Below, in pieces: positions 11,813-33,735 of a stretch of 64,000 nt of DNA; the first letter of the stretch is position 1, and each line of letters starts with the position of its first letter. The position numbers and the translations under genes were made by a program. The notes under the pieces were generated by a model that worked only from the letters and a program-made list of their open reading frames with translations, was not told the origin of the DNA and did not search any database. Source of the DNA: the human T2T-CHM13v2.0 reference genome, Homo sapiens; the NCBI RefSeq assembly GCF_009914755.1, contig NC_060947.1. One strand, 5' to 3'.

Positions 11813-12319
11813 TCACTGATGCTTGGAGTAGTCTGCCTCCTTGGTGCTGGCCTTGGAGATGCCTGTGTCCCCCAAGATGCCCATGTCCCCAGAGAAACCC
11901 CTGGCCTCAGAAATACCCAAGTTTCCAGAGATGCCAGTGGCCTCAGAGATGTCCATGGCCCCACAGATTCCTAAGTCTTTGGAGAAGCCCGTAGCCTCAA
12001 AGGTGCACATGTCTCCAGAGATGCCCATGGCCTCAGAGATGCCCACATCCCCAGAGATATTTATGGCCCTAAGGCTGCCCACAATCTCACAACAGTTATG
12101 GTGGAGGTCTGCACCCTGGCTTTTTACTTGATCCATCTGAGCTCGGAGGCCTCCTTCCCTGGATAGGGTGCCATTCTCCATCAGGGTATTCAGGTCTCCA
12201 TTGATACCCATAAAGCCAAGAGGATTGGTCAAAGGACTTCCCAGATGCTGGGATAATATGTTTCCTAATTGAGAGCAGGTACAGATCTCTTCTGGTGGCT
12301 CATCACGGACTTTTAGTTT
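11813..12319 (-). CDS. MTMR8: MTMR8 last coding exon (168 aa + TGA)
   Basis: Acceptor CCTTTCTTGCTCCTGAGGCAG|AAA. Translates KLKVRDEPPEEICTCSQLG...KASTKEADYSKHQ*, recognised as the human MTMR8 C-terminus. In frame (phase 0) with the upstream exon ending HELEK. Confidence 0.93.
   Translation of the reverse strand, partial: KLKVRDEPPEEICTCSQLGNILSQHLGSPLTNPLGFMGINGDLNTLMENGTLSREGGLRAQMDQVKSQGADLHHNCCEIVGSLRAINISGDVGISEAMGISGDMCTFEATGFSKDLGICGAMDISEATGISGNLGISEARGFSGDMGILGDTGISKASTKEADYSKHQ
11846..12061 (-). repeat. Coding 18-bp minisatellite, 12 units (hexapeptide GIS[G/E][D/A]x)
   Basis: NISGDV GISEAM GISGDM CTFEAT GFSKDL GICGAM DISEAT GISGNL GISEAR GFSGDM GILGDT GISKAS. The + strand unit is approximately CAGAGATGCCCATGGCCT. 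Confidence 0.9.
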
Positions 12320-12594
12320 CTGCCTCAGGAGCAAGAAAGGGTTGAGAAGAATTAGAAACAGGAGAAAAACTAGGCAAACATTACCTTGATCTGCAGAGAT
12401 CCTATTGCTGTCACTTATAATGGTAGCAAATGACCTTTTGCTCACCCCCTCCCCCACAACATCTTTCCCTCATCACATGTCATAGTACTTTAGAAGCCCT
12501 ACCATTGAAGAATGTCAAAGGTCTTATATCTATAAAAGTCATCTTTTATGATAAGTGCAATTTTGTTCATGAGATGGGGAGAGGGCAGGGGAAA

Positions 12595-12840
12595 ACATCA
12601 CTAATATTTATTGAATACCTCTATGTGCTAGGCACTTTACACACAGTATTTCCTTTTATCCTTATAATAAACCTATTAGTTTAGGTATTAGCTATATTTT
12701 ACAAATGAAGAAACTGAGGCTCAGAGAAGTTAAGTAAGTCACCCAAATTCGCACATGTACAAAGTAAAGAACTGGGATCTGACCCTGCATCTGCCTGATG
12801 CCAAAGTCTATGACCTGTCGTCTACATCATGCTACCTCTA
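12595..12840 (-). mobile_element. MIR SINE in the last MTMR8 intron
   Basis: atttattgaatacctctatgtgctaggcact...attttacaaatgaagaaactgaggctcagagaagttaagtaagtcacccaa. Confidence 0.8.
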
Positions 12841-14222
12841 ACAGATATTTTCACTTTCAGAGATAATATAATGATTCACTGATACTTCACAACAGTGATT
12901 CTTTGGGGTCATACGTCCCCATTGAAAATCTGATGAAAATTATGGACCTTCTCTTCAGAAAAATGCATACATTTTTCTGAAGGTGGTGGGGGGAGTCTTT
13001 TAAACTTTTCATTTTTTACCTTGTTGTATTCTGTATTTTCTAACTTAACACTTATATTGCCTTTAAAAAAAAGTCAACAGGGTTGTCTGGGTGATATTAT
13101 CAGCAGCTTTGTTTTTCTGCTCTGTATTAAAAAAAGAAAGTTAATAACACACATACATAAAAACACATACACACTTCAAAAGGAAGTCTTTCTAGAGTGA
13201 TCTGGGTATATGTGAAATGAATCTGATTCTCTCTCAAGAGTCAGGCAGGGATAAGTGAGAGGGCTGGGTCAATAATAGGGCACCTTCCCTGGCCTTGTGG
13301 AAGAATCTGCTAGTAGCTAAAAGAGGAGCCGTTAAGAAGTTTCTCTACTACATCTAATCTACTTAGGACTGGGCCTTCTCGGGGATGCATGTTTCCTACG
13401 ATTTTAACTTATGCTTTAGTTTGCCCCCCTCCACCTTTAAAAAAAATGGAACCAAGTAACTGGCTGTTGCCTCCCAAGAGGACATTAAAAAGTTTGGGAT
13501 CTGATGTAATCACAACACATTTATTTTCACAATAAAATGACATTTGTTTACTTACAGGGAGCAGAAAAGCTATGCCTTATCTGGCTTAAAGTGGGTTCAC
13601 ACCCAGTTCCTAAATAGCACACCATTTCCAATAATTCTTTTCTAAGAGGTACCTTTCCCCTGTCCTTCAAACAAACCCTTAGGGATTCCTACATTTCATA
13701 AGCAGCTCAGTTTATGAAATCAACAAGAAATACTTTTTGACTTCTGTAACCTGTAATTAAAAAACAAGTGTCCAACATGGTCACTCAATAAGCAGAGTTT
13801 GCAGTTTACATGGGAAGGAAATAAGAATCTTCTTTTGTAAGATTTTCCTAATTGGAAAACAGCAATTGCACTGTTCTTATCAGTATACCCAAGATGTTAT
13901 ACTTATTCTCTTGATGGATAACAAATGCTATGTGATTTCCCTAGTCATTCCCTCTTGTTCCTCCTATTCATTCCATCCAGATCCAAAAAGAGATAAAGGG
14001 AACAAATTCACTTGTTTATCTAGTTGAGTGACATATTTACCACATTTTGGGAAGTAAGAAAAGGAGTTATGCTCAGAGATTTGTAGACACGGGACACATG
14101 AAAAGCCAAAGAGTATAAAAAAGCCAGCCAGTCAGCTTTCCACAAGTATCAATTCAACTCCAAGCAGGCTGGACCTACCCAGAAGGGGCAAGAAGATCTC
14201 TCTTTGGGACTTTTCTCCTCAC

Positions 14223-14349
14223 CTTTTCTAGTTCATGCACATCTGTCTCCAGCATTGCTCTCTGTTTCTTAATTTCCAGGAGGCTCTCTAGCATACTCTG
14301 CTTGGGCTGCAGCCCTTTGTCAAAGCGGTTATACATCCCACACCAGAAC
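14223..14349 (-). CDS. MTMR8: MTMR8 penultimate exon (127 bp; end of phosphatase domain plus coiled coil)
   Basis: Acceptor TTTTTGTCTATTTGAG|G and donor AAG|GTGAGG. Translates FWCGMYNRFDKGLQPKQSMLESLLEIKKQRAMLETDVHELEK, with the myotubularin FWxGMYxRF motif. Missing from the ORF track because it is short. Confidence 0.93.
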
Positions 14350-14594
14350 CTCAAATAGACAAAAATGGGGGGAAAAGTGGGTTAGTTTAGCTGGAGTAAT
14401 TGATTACCAATGTTTTCCTTGTGCCAAGAAAATATTGGCTTAGTAGGTGGGAAAATCTCATGAGTACTGTAATTTGATGACATTAAAAAGCCTGGACATG
14501 CTCATAATTGGGAAGAGTAAAGATACCAGCAGAAAAATCTCAGCTGAAGGAGACATTTTAGACTTGAGCAAACTTGAGGTTCTTTTAAACAATC

Positions 14595-14652
14595 AAATTA
14601 TGATTTTACTTTGAGATAATTATAGACTCACATGTAGTTTTATGAAATAATA
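14595..14652 (-). mobile_element. Extreme 3' end of the host L1M (L1MC-like); continues at 33736-34364, 46381-46540 and 50310-51337
   Basis: ttttactttgagataattatagactcacatgtagttttatgaaataata joins gaaataatagcgttcccatggactctttacccagtttcccc at 33736, as in L1MC-type 3' ends. Confidence 0.65.
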
Positions 14653-17600
14653 AGGGAGAGGAGTGACATCAGCAAGATGGCAGAATAGGAAGCCCTGGAC
14701 TGTCCTTCCCCCAATGGATACACTGATTTAATTGCAACACAAGGATCAATTCCCTTTATGAGAAATCCAGCAACTCATGGAGAGGCTTCTGCACCCTGGA
14801 TAAGTATGAAACCAACCAGATTGTAAACAAAACATCTGTAGAAAAAGCAGAAACATCCACTCATCATAATCCCAACTCCCAGCACAGTGCCATAGGATCA
14901 GGAGGAAACCCCCATTCCCAGCTTCTATCTCAGAATGGAAGAAGTTGGACTGCACACCTAACATCCCAACTTCTCCAGGTGCCACCTGAAAGACTGGCTT
15001 CTGTCTCACCTGTTTCAAAGAGTTGAAAGGGTCTGGCATGTGATAGTATCCTGAGGGCTACAGAGAAGAAAGTGGCAGTTTCAACTAGCATGTAGGCATG
15101 TACCACAGCTCCTGTACCTGGCTCAACACAGGGTAGGGGGAAAATCCCAGTTCCCAGCTTCTCCCTGGGAAGGGAAAAGAGTTGGAACATGCACACAGCA
15201 TTCTAAATTCTCCAGGAGCTACCAAGGGAATGGCTTTTGTGCCACCTGTCTAGGAACACTGATGAAACTGGACATACTCTGGATGCCTGGGGGACACTAA
15301 TAACAAAGACAGCAGTTTAAACTAGGACAATGGGTTGAAAGGCCCACAGAAGCTCTGGCTTGGTTGGCTGGTGAATGTCTTCTCCTGTACAAGGCCAATC
15401 CATATGACTTGGGGTGAGAGTGGATTCTTCTGACGTGCAGAAAAAGGGTAACACAATCTGAACAAAGAAACAAGCTAAAACTCCAGAAACTGACTCTAAT
15501 GAAAATATATGAATTACCCGACATAGAATTAGAAATATCCATCATGGAAAATCTCAAGCAGCTCAGGAGAACAATCCATGAACAAAATGAAAATTTCAAC
15601 AAAGAGACAGAAAATGTAAAAGAACAGGCAGATGTCTTAAAGCTGAAGAATACAATAACTGAAGAATCCAATAGAGGAGTTCAACGACAGACTAGAGCAA
15701 GCAGAAAAAAGACTAAGCAGACTCAAACACAGATTATTTGTCATTATCCAGTCAGAAGGACACAAAGAAAAAAGAATAAAAAAATAAAATAGCTTAAAGG
15801 ACCTATGGGACACCATTAATTAGCAGACCAATATATGCATTATGGGAGTCCCAAGAGAATATAGGAAGGACTAGAAATCTTATTTAAAGAAGTAATGACT
15901 GAAAACCCCCTAAATCTGAGGAAGGAAATGGACATCCAGATCTAGGAAGCCAAAATGACCAAAACACGATGAATCTAAAGAAATCCACACTAAGACATAT
16001 GATAATAAAATTGTCAAAAGTCAAAGACAGAGAGAATTTTGAAAGCAGTAAGATAAAACCAACTTGTCATATGCAGGAAAATCCATTAGGACCATCAGCA
16101 GACATCTCAGCAAAAAAAAACTTTCAGGACAGAAGAGAGTAGAGAGTGGGATAATATATTCAAAGCACTGAAGGAAAACTAAAACTATGAACCAATAATG
16201 ATATATGTAGCAAAACTGTTCTTCAAAAACGAAAGAGAGATCAAGACATTCCCAGACAAACAAAAGCTAAGGGAGTTCATTACCAACAGACCTGCCTTAC
16301 AGGAAATCTAAAGGGAAGTCTTCTCCTTAGATTGAAAGGGAAATGAAAATGAAAATGAAAGAATGCTAAATAGCAACACAGTAGCATAAAAAAGTATAAA
16401 AGTTGTTGGTGAAGGTAAGTATATAAACTAATAAAGAATACTATATTACTGTAATGGTTGTGGGTAAATCACTTTTAATTGTAGTATAAAGTTTAAAAAA
16501 GTATTAGAATAATTATAAAGTATGCTAATGAATATACAATATAAATAAATGTAAACTTTGACATGAATAACATAGAGAAGAAGAAAATGTGTAATGTGTG
16601 CATAATTGAAGTTAAGTTGTTACATGCTTAAGACAGAGTGTTAGACTGTTAGACATTTTATGTAAGCCCCATTGTAGTTACAAAGGAAATACCTACAGAA
16701 GTTAAAAAAAAAAGAAAGAAGTGAAAGAAATCAAAGCATACTAATATAAAAACTAAACAAACAAACAAACAAAAAAAACAAAACATAAAGGAAGAAAGCA
16801 AGAAATGAAAAGAAGAACAACAAAATCCCTACAAGGCAAACAGAAAAAATGAACAAAATGGCAACAGTAAATCCTCCCCTATCAATAATTACTTGAAATA
16901 TATACATGGATTAAACTCCCCAATAAAAATACACAGAATGACTGAATAGTTTAAGAAAAACATCCTATTATATGCTGTCTATAAGAGACTCACTTTAGAT
17001 TTAAGGGCACACATAGGCTGAAAGTGGAGGGATAAAAAAAGATATTCCATGCAAATTGTAACTTAAAAAAAGCAGGTGTGGCAATAGTAATATCAGACAA
17101 AATGAACTGTAAGTCAAAAAATGTCACGGAGACAATGAAGAATTTTATATAATGACGAAAGGATCAATACATCAGGAAAATATAACAATTATAAATGTAT
17201 ATGCATTCAACATCAAAATACCTAAATATGTAAAGCAAACACTGATGGAACTGAAGGGAGAAACAGACAGAAATACAGTAATAGATTACTTCGATACTCT
17301 ACTTTCAATTATGGATAGAACAATCAGAGAGGAAAATCAAAAAACAAATAGCAGACTTGAACAAGTCTGTGGACCAAATGGACCTAACAGATATACAGAA
17401 TATTCAACCCAATAACAGTACAATACACATTCTTTTCAAAAGCACATGTAACATTCTCCAAGATAGATCACATGTTAGGTCATAAAAGAGAGCTTATCAA
17501 ATTTAAGAAGATTAAAATCATACCAAGTATTTTCTTCTGTTCACAATGGAATGAAACTAGAAATCAATAGCATAAAGGAAACTTGTAAAGTTAAAACATA

Positions 17601-17750
17601 TGGAAATTAAAAAACTTAAACACTCTTAAACAACCAATGGGTCAAAGAAGAAATCAAAAGGGAAATTGGAAAGTATCTTGAAACAAACAAAACCACAACA
17701 TACCAAAACATGTAGGATGCAGCAAAGGCAGTATTAAGAAGGAAATTTAT

Positions 17751-18488
17751 TAGCACAGCTATTACAGAAAATGGTACAGAGGTTTGACAAAAATTAAAAA
17801 TAGAACTACCATATGATCCAGCAATCCCACTTCTGGGTAGAGGAACTGAAATCAGTATTTTGAAGAAATATCTGCACTCTCATGTTCATTCTGGCATTAT
17901 TCACAAGAGTCAAGATATGGACTCAACCTAAGAGTCCATCAATAGATGACTGAATAAAGAAAATGTGATATATACATACATAATGGAATACTATTCTACC
18001 TTAAAGAAGAAATAAATGCTGTCATTTGTGACAACGTAGAAGGAACCGGAGGACACTATGTAAGTGAAATAAGCCAGACACAGAAAGACAAAAACTATAT
18101 CTTCTCACTTACACTTGGAATCTAAAACAATCAAACTCATGGAAACAGAGAGTAAAATTGTGGTTATCAGAGGCTGAGATAGGAGAGAATGGGGAGATGT
18201 TGGCCAAAGGGTAGAAAGATACAGCTAGATAAAAGGAATGACTTTTTGAGGTCTTCTGCCCAGCATGGTGACCATGGTTGACAATAATGTATTGCATATT
18301 TCAAAACTGAAGAGAAGAGAGTAAATTTCAAGTGTCTCACCACAAAAATGATGTCTAAATGAGGTGATGGATATGTTAATTAGCTTGATTTAATCATTCC
18401 ACATTTTATTCATATATCAAAACATCACATTGTACCCCTGAAATATATACAATTATGACTGGCCAATTAAAAATGTTAATAAAAAAGA
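17751..18488 (+). mobile_element. 5'-truncated L1MA 3' end inserted in the L1M ORF2
   Basis: ORF2 end plus L1MA-type 3'UTR (gaggtgatggatatgttaattagcttgatttaatcattccac). GAAATTTAT repeated at both flanks. Confidence 0.75.
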
Positions 18489-18688
18489 GAAATTTATAGT
18501 GATAAATTATAGTGATAATTTATAGTGATACTAAAAAAGAAGAAAGATCTAAAATCAAAAACCTAACTTTATATCTCAGGAACTAGGAAAAGAACAAACT
18601 AGCCCAAAGGTAGTGGAGGAAGGAATAATAAAGGTTAGAGAAGAAATAAATGAAATAGTGAATATAAAATCAAAGAAACTAAGAGGTG

Positions 18689-18945
18689 GGGCCAGGTGCA
18701 GTGGCTCACGTCTATAATCCCAGCACCTTGGGAGGCCAAGGCAGGAGAACTGTTTGAGGCCAGGAGTTCGAGACCAGCCTGGACTACATAGAGAGGCCCC
18801 CATCGCTAAAAAAACATTTAGAAAATAGCACATGCTTGTAGTCCCAGCTACTTGGGAGCTAGGTTTGGAGGACTGCTTGAGCCTCGTCCAGTCTGCAGCC
18901 AGGCCAACAGAGTGAGTCTCTCTCAAAAAAAAAAAAAAAAAAAGA
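18689..18945 (+). mobile_element. AluJ-like element with internal deletions
   Basis: GGCCAGGTGCAGTGGCTCAC start and A-tail. AAGAAACTAAGA flanks both sides. Confidence 0.85.
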
Positions 18946-19316
18946 AAGAAACTAAGAAGTGTTTATTTTTTGGAAAAAAATATTTCCAAAACTGATAAAA
19001 CTTTAGCTAGACCAAGAAATAAAAAGAGAAGACTTGAATAAATAAAATCAGAAACAGAAAAGGAGATATTACAACCGATGCAACAAAAATAAAAAAGATC
19101 ATAAGGACAACAATGTACCAATAAATTGGATAACCCAGAATAAATGGATAAATCCCTAGAAACACACAACCTACCAAGACTAAATCACAAAGAAAAACTG
19201 AACAGACTAATATTAAGTAGAGAAATTGAATCAGGAATCAAAAATCTCCCAGCAAAGAAAAGCCCAGGGCTAGAGGCTTCACTGAAGAATTCTCCCAAAT
19301 ATTTAAAGAATTAATG

Positions 19317-22460
<3,144 letters not shown>

Positions 22461-23220
22461 AACACTTCTCAAATTATTTCAAGAAATCAAAAAGGAGGGC
22501 ATGCTTCCAAACTCATTTCGTGTTAGCCAGAGTTACCCTTATACCAAAGAAAATTATAGGCTAATATTGCTGATGTTGAATATAGATGCAAAAATCTTCA
22601 TGAAAATACTAAACATCATACTCAATGTTGAAAGACTGAAAGCTTTACCTTTAAGATTGTGAATGAGACAAGAAAGCCTGCTTTCACTAAACTTAAGCAT
22701 GCAGGTAAGAGGCTTATAAACAATAAACTACAAAATATTGTTGAAAGAATTTAAAGATGACACAAATGAATGGAAAGACATTTCCTGTTCATGAATTGAA
22801 AGACTTAATATTGTTACGATGTCAATACTACCCAAAGTGATTTACAGATTTAATGCAGTTTCCATCAAAATCACAATGGTGTTTTTTTACAGAAATGGAA
22901 AAAATACATCCTAAAATTCATATGGAATTGCAAGGGACCCTGAATAGCAAAAACAATCTTGAAAAATAAGACAAAGTTGGAGGTCACACACTTCTTGACT
23001 TCAAAAGATATTATTAAGCTACAGTAATCAGTACAATATTGTACTGGCATGAATACACACATATGGACCAATGGAATAGAATGGAGAACCCAGAAATAAA
23101 CCATTGCATATACAATGAAGTGATTTTTGATAACAGTGCCAAGATAATTCAATGCAGAAAGGACAGTCTTTCAAACAAATGGGTGCTGGGAAAACTTTAT
23201 ATCCACATGCAAAAGAATGA

Positions 23221-25800
23221 AACTGAAATGAATAAATTCCTGGACACATACACCCTCCCAAGACTAAACCAGGAAGAAGTCGAGTTATTGAATAGACAAA
23301 TAACAAGTTCTGAAATTGCAGCTGTAATAAATAGCCTACCAACTAAAAAAAGCCCAGGACCAGATGAATTCACAGCCAAATTCTGCTAGAGGTACAAAGA
23401 GGAAATGGTACCATTCCTTCTGAAACTATTCCAAACAATTGAAAAGGAACGACTTCTCCTTAACTCACTTTATGAGGCCAGCATCATCCTGATACCAAAA
23501 CCTGGCAGAGACACAATAAAGAAAGAAAACTTCAGGCCAATATCCCTGATGAACATTGATGCAAAAATCCTCAATAAAATACTGGCAAACTGAATCCAGT
23601 AGCACATCAAAAAGATTATCCACCACAATCAAGTCGGCTTCATCTCTGGGAGGCAAGGCTGGTTCAACATACAGAAATCAATAAACATAATTCATCACAT
23701 AAACAGAACCAATGACAAAAACCACATAATTATCTCAATAGATGCAGAAAAGGCCTTCGATAAAATTCAATGTCCTTCATGTTAAAAACTCTCAATAATC
23801 TAGGTACTGACAGAACATATCTCAAAATAATAGGAGTTATTTATGACAAACCCACAGCCAATATCATACTGAATGGGCAAAAGCTGGAAGCATTCCCTTT
23901 GAATATAGGCACAAGACAAGGATGCCCTCTCTCACTACTCCTGTTCAACATAGTACTGGAAGTTCCAGCCAGGGCAATCAGTCAAGAGAATGAAATAAAG
24001 GGTATTCAAATAGGAAGAGAGGAAGTCAAATTGTCTCTGTTTGCTGACGACATGATCCTATATCCAGAAAACATTATTGTCTCAGTTCAAAAGCTCCTTA
24101 AGCTGATAAGCAACTTCAGCAAAGTCTCAGGATACAAAATCAATGTGCAAAAATCTCAAGCATTGCTATACCACCCCCAACAGACAAGCAGAGAGTCAAA
24201 TCATGAATGAACTTCATTCACAATTGCTACAAAGAGAATACAATTCCTAGGAATACAGCTAACAAGGGATGTGAAGGACCTCTTCAAGGAGAACTATAAA
24301 CCACTGCTCAAGGAAATGAAAGAGGACACAAACAAATGGAAAAACATTGCATCCTCATGGATAGGAAGAATCAGTATCACGAAAATGGCCATACTGCCCA
24401 AGGTAATTTAGAGATTCAATGCTCTTCCCATCAAAGAACTATTGACATTTTACATAGAATTAGAAATAACTACTTAAAAATTAATATGAAATCAAAAAAC
24501 AGCTCATATATCCAAGAAAATCCCAAGCAAAAAGAACACAGCTAGAGGTATCACACTACTTGACTTCACACTATACTACAAGGCTATATAGTAACCAAAA
24601 CAGCATGGTATTGGTCCCAAAACAGACATATAGACAAATGAAACAGAATCTAGATCTCAGAAAAAACACCACACATCTACTACCATCTGATCTTCGACAA
24701 ACCTGACAACAACAAGTAATGGAGAAAGGATTCCTTATTTAATAAAAGGTGCTGGGAAAACTGGCTAGCCATTTGCAGAAAACTGAAACTGGACCCCTTC
24801 CTTATACCTTATACAAAAATTAACTCAAGATGGATTAAATACTTAAATACAAAACCCAAAACCATAAAAACCATAGAAGAAAATCTAGGCAATACCATTC
24901 AGAAAATAGGCATGGGCAAAGATTTTATGATGAAATTGCCAAAAGCAGTTGCAACAAAAGCTAAAATTGACAAATGGGATCTAATTAAACCAAAGAGCTT
25001 CCGAATAGCAAAAGAAACTACCATCAGAGTGAACAACCTACAAAATGGGAGAAAATTTTTGCAATCTACCCATCTGACAAAGTTCTAATATCCAGAATTT
25101 ACAAGGAACTTAAACAAATTTACAAGGAACTTAAACAAATTTACAAGGAAAAAAACAACCCCATCAAAAAGAGGGCAAAGGACATGAACAGATACTTCTC
25201 AAAAAAAAAAAAAAGATATTTATGCGGCCAACAAACATATGAAAGAAAGCTCAACTTCACTGATCATTAGAGAAACACAAATCAAAACCACCCAATACTA
25301 TCTCATGCCAGTCAGAATGGCGATTATTAAAAAGTCAAGAAACAACAGATGCTGGCAAGGCTGGGGAGAAATAGGAACACTTTTACACTGTTGCTGGGAA
25401 TGTAAATCAGTTCAACCACTGTGGAAGACAGGGTGGAGATTCCTCAATGATCTAGAGCCAGAAATACCATTTGACCCAGCAATGCCATTACTGGGTATAT
25501 ACCCAAAAGAATATAAATAATTATATTATAAAGATATAAGCACACATATGTTTATTGCAGCAGTATTCACAATAGCTAAGACTTGGAACCACATGTGGAC
25601 ACAGGGAGGGGAACAACACACACTGAGGCCTGTCAGAAGGGGTGGGGGTAGGGAGAGCATCATGTGGGGCTTAATACCTAGATGACAGGTTGATAGGTGC
25701 AGCAAACCACCATGGCACACGTTTACCTATGTAACAAACCTGCACATTCTGTACATGTATCCTGGAACCTAAAATAAAATAAAATTAGAAAAAAATAGAC
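23221..25800 (+). mobile_element. L1PA8-10-like fragment: ORF2 RT to 3'UTR
   Basis: [18 protein letters not shown]...LSLFADDMI. 3'UTR ends aacaaacctgcacattctgtacatgtatcctggaacctaaaataaaa. AAAAGAAT(G/A)AA at both flanks. Confidence 0.88.
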
Positions 25801-26115
25801 AACAAAAAGAATAAAGTTGGACTCTTACTTTACACCATAAACAAAAATTAACTCAAAGTGTATAAAAGACCTAAAGGTAAGGGTGAAAATTGTAAAATTA
25901 TTGACAGTGAACACAGGATAAAACATCATGATACTGAATTCAGCAATCTTATATCACAGATATAAGACCAAAAGAATAAAAATGGATAAATTGGGCTACA
26001 TCAAAATTAAACTTTTGTGTATCAAAATACACTATCAGAAGAGTGAAAAGGCAACCTGCAGAATGGGAGAAAATATTTGCAAATCATATATCTAGTAAGG
26101 AGTTAATATCCAGAA

Positions 26116-32317
<6,202 letters not shown>

Positions 32318-32721
32318 AATATCCAGAATATATTAAAAACTTCTACAACAACAACAACAACAATGAAAAACAATTATAAAGTGTGCAAAGGACTTTGTCA
32401 TTTCTCCAAAGAAATTAAAATGGACAAGACACACATTAAAAAGATGTTCAACAACACTAATAGAGAAATGAAAATCAAAACCACAATGATATATCACCTC
32501 ACACCCATTAGAATGGCTACTATCCCAATAAAAGGAACAAAGAACAAAGAATAACAAGTTTTGGTGAGGATGTGGAAAAATTGGAAACCTTGTCCACTGC
32601 TGTTGGGAATATAAAATGATGCAGCCATTATTTAAAACACTATGGTGCTTCCTCAACAACGTAAAAACAGATTTAACATATAATCCAGAAATTCCACTTC
32701 CAGATACGTATCAAAAGAATA

Positions 32722-32943
32722 GGAGCCTGAACAACATAGCAAGACCCTGTCTCTACAAAAATAAAATAATTAGCTGGGCGTGGTGGCACATGTATGTAGT
32801 CCTAGCTACTTGGGAGGCTGAAGTGGGAGGATCACTTGAGCCCAGGAATTAGGGATTACAATATGCTATAACTGTGCCACTGCATTCCAGCCTGGGTGAC
32901 AGAGTGAGACTCCATCGCAAAAAAAAAAAAAAAAAAAAAAAAA
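32722..32943 (+). mobile_element. 5'-truncated AluJ-like element
   Basis: agcctgaacaacatagcaagaccctgtctctac...gggaggatcacttgagcccagg...A-tail. Confidence 0.85.
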
Positions 32944-33735
32944 TTAAGTTGGGAGCAAGGACTCAAAAATATACTTTTACAAAAATGTTCCATTCAGTAT
33001 TATTCACAAAAGCCAAAATGAGGAAGCAACCCAACGTCCACTGCCAGATGATAAAAACAATATGGTATATACAACCAATTAAATATTATTCAGCCTTAAA
33101 GAGGAAGGAAATTGTGACACATGCTACAATATGGATGACTTTTGGGGACACTACGCTAAGTAAAATAAGCCAGATACAAAAGGAAAAACATTGTATGATT
33201 CCTCTTATATGAGGTACCTGGTCAAGTCATGTTCAGAGATAGAAAGTAGATTGGTGGTTGTCAGGGGTAGGTGGAATGATTTATTTAATGGTTAGGGTTT
33301 CAGTTGAAATGATTTGTTTAATAGGTAGGGTTTCAGATGAAAAAGTTCTAAAGATTGACCTAACACTACTGAATTAAAACCTAAAAATGGAACTAATCTA
33401 AAACCTAAAAAAGTGGACTAACACCTAAAAATGGTCAAGAAGGTAATGGACCTTCTTGGAACTAACCTAAAACCTAAAAAAGTGAACTAACACCTAAAAA
33501 TGGTCAAAAAGGTAAATTTTAAGTGCATTTTACTACACTTAAAAGTAAATTACTAGCAGGACAAAGAGCACTAAACTGGGAGTCGTGGGACACAAGACCA
33601 AGCCCCTGATCACCTTATGAACCAGAGGATCTTGCACATGCTGTTTAGTTTTTTATCTTATATTTTACTTATAACATTTATTACCATCTCTGACCAGATG
33701 CACATTAAACATTTTGTATATATATATAAAAAAAA

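Noticed and set aside
11841-12131. Antisense 96-aa repetitive ORF (EMPVAS/EMPMAS)
   Set aside because: Mirror of the 18-bp coding repeat, whose unit lacks stops on the other strand. No independent promoter, splice or start evidence.
12320-12457. N-terminal 46 codons of the 214-aa ORF (MGEGVSK...FLVFLLFLILLNPFLLLRQ), looking like a transmembrane segment
   Set aside because: This is the intron polypyrimidine tract read in frame. The exon begins after the AG at 12321-12320.
12890-12975. Possible hAT-Charlie MITE fragment in the last intron
   Set aside because: Resemblance only from memory, with no clear terminal inverted repeats or TSD; not supportable without a search.
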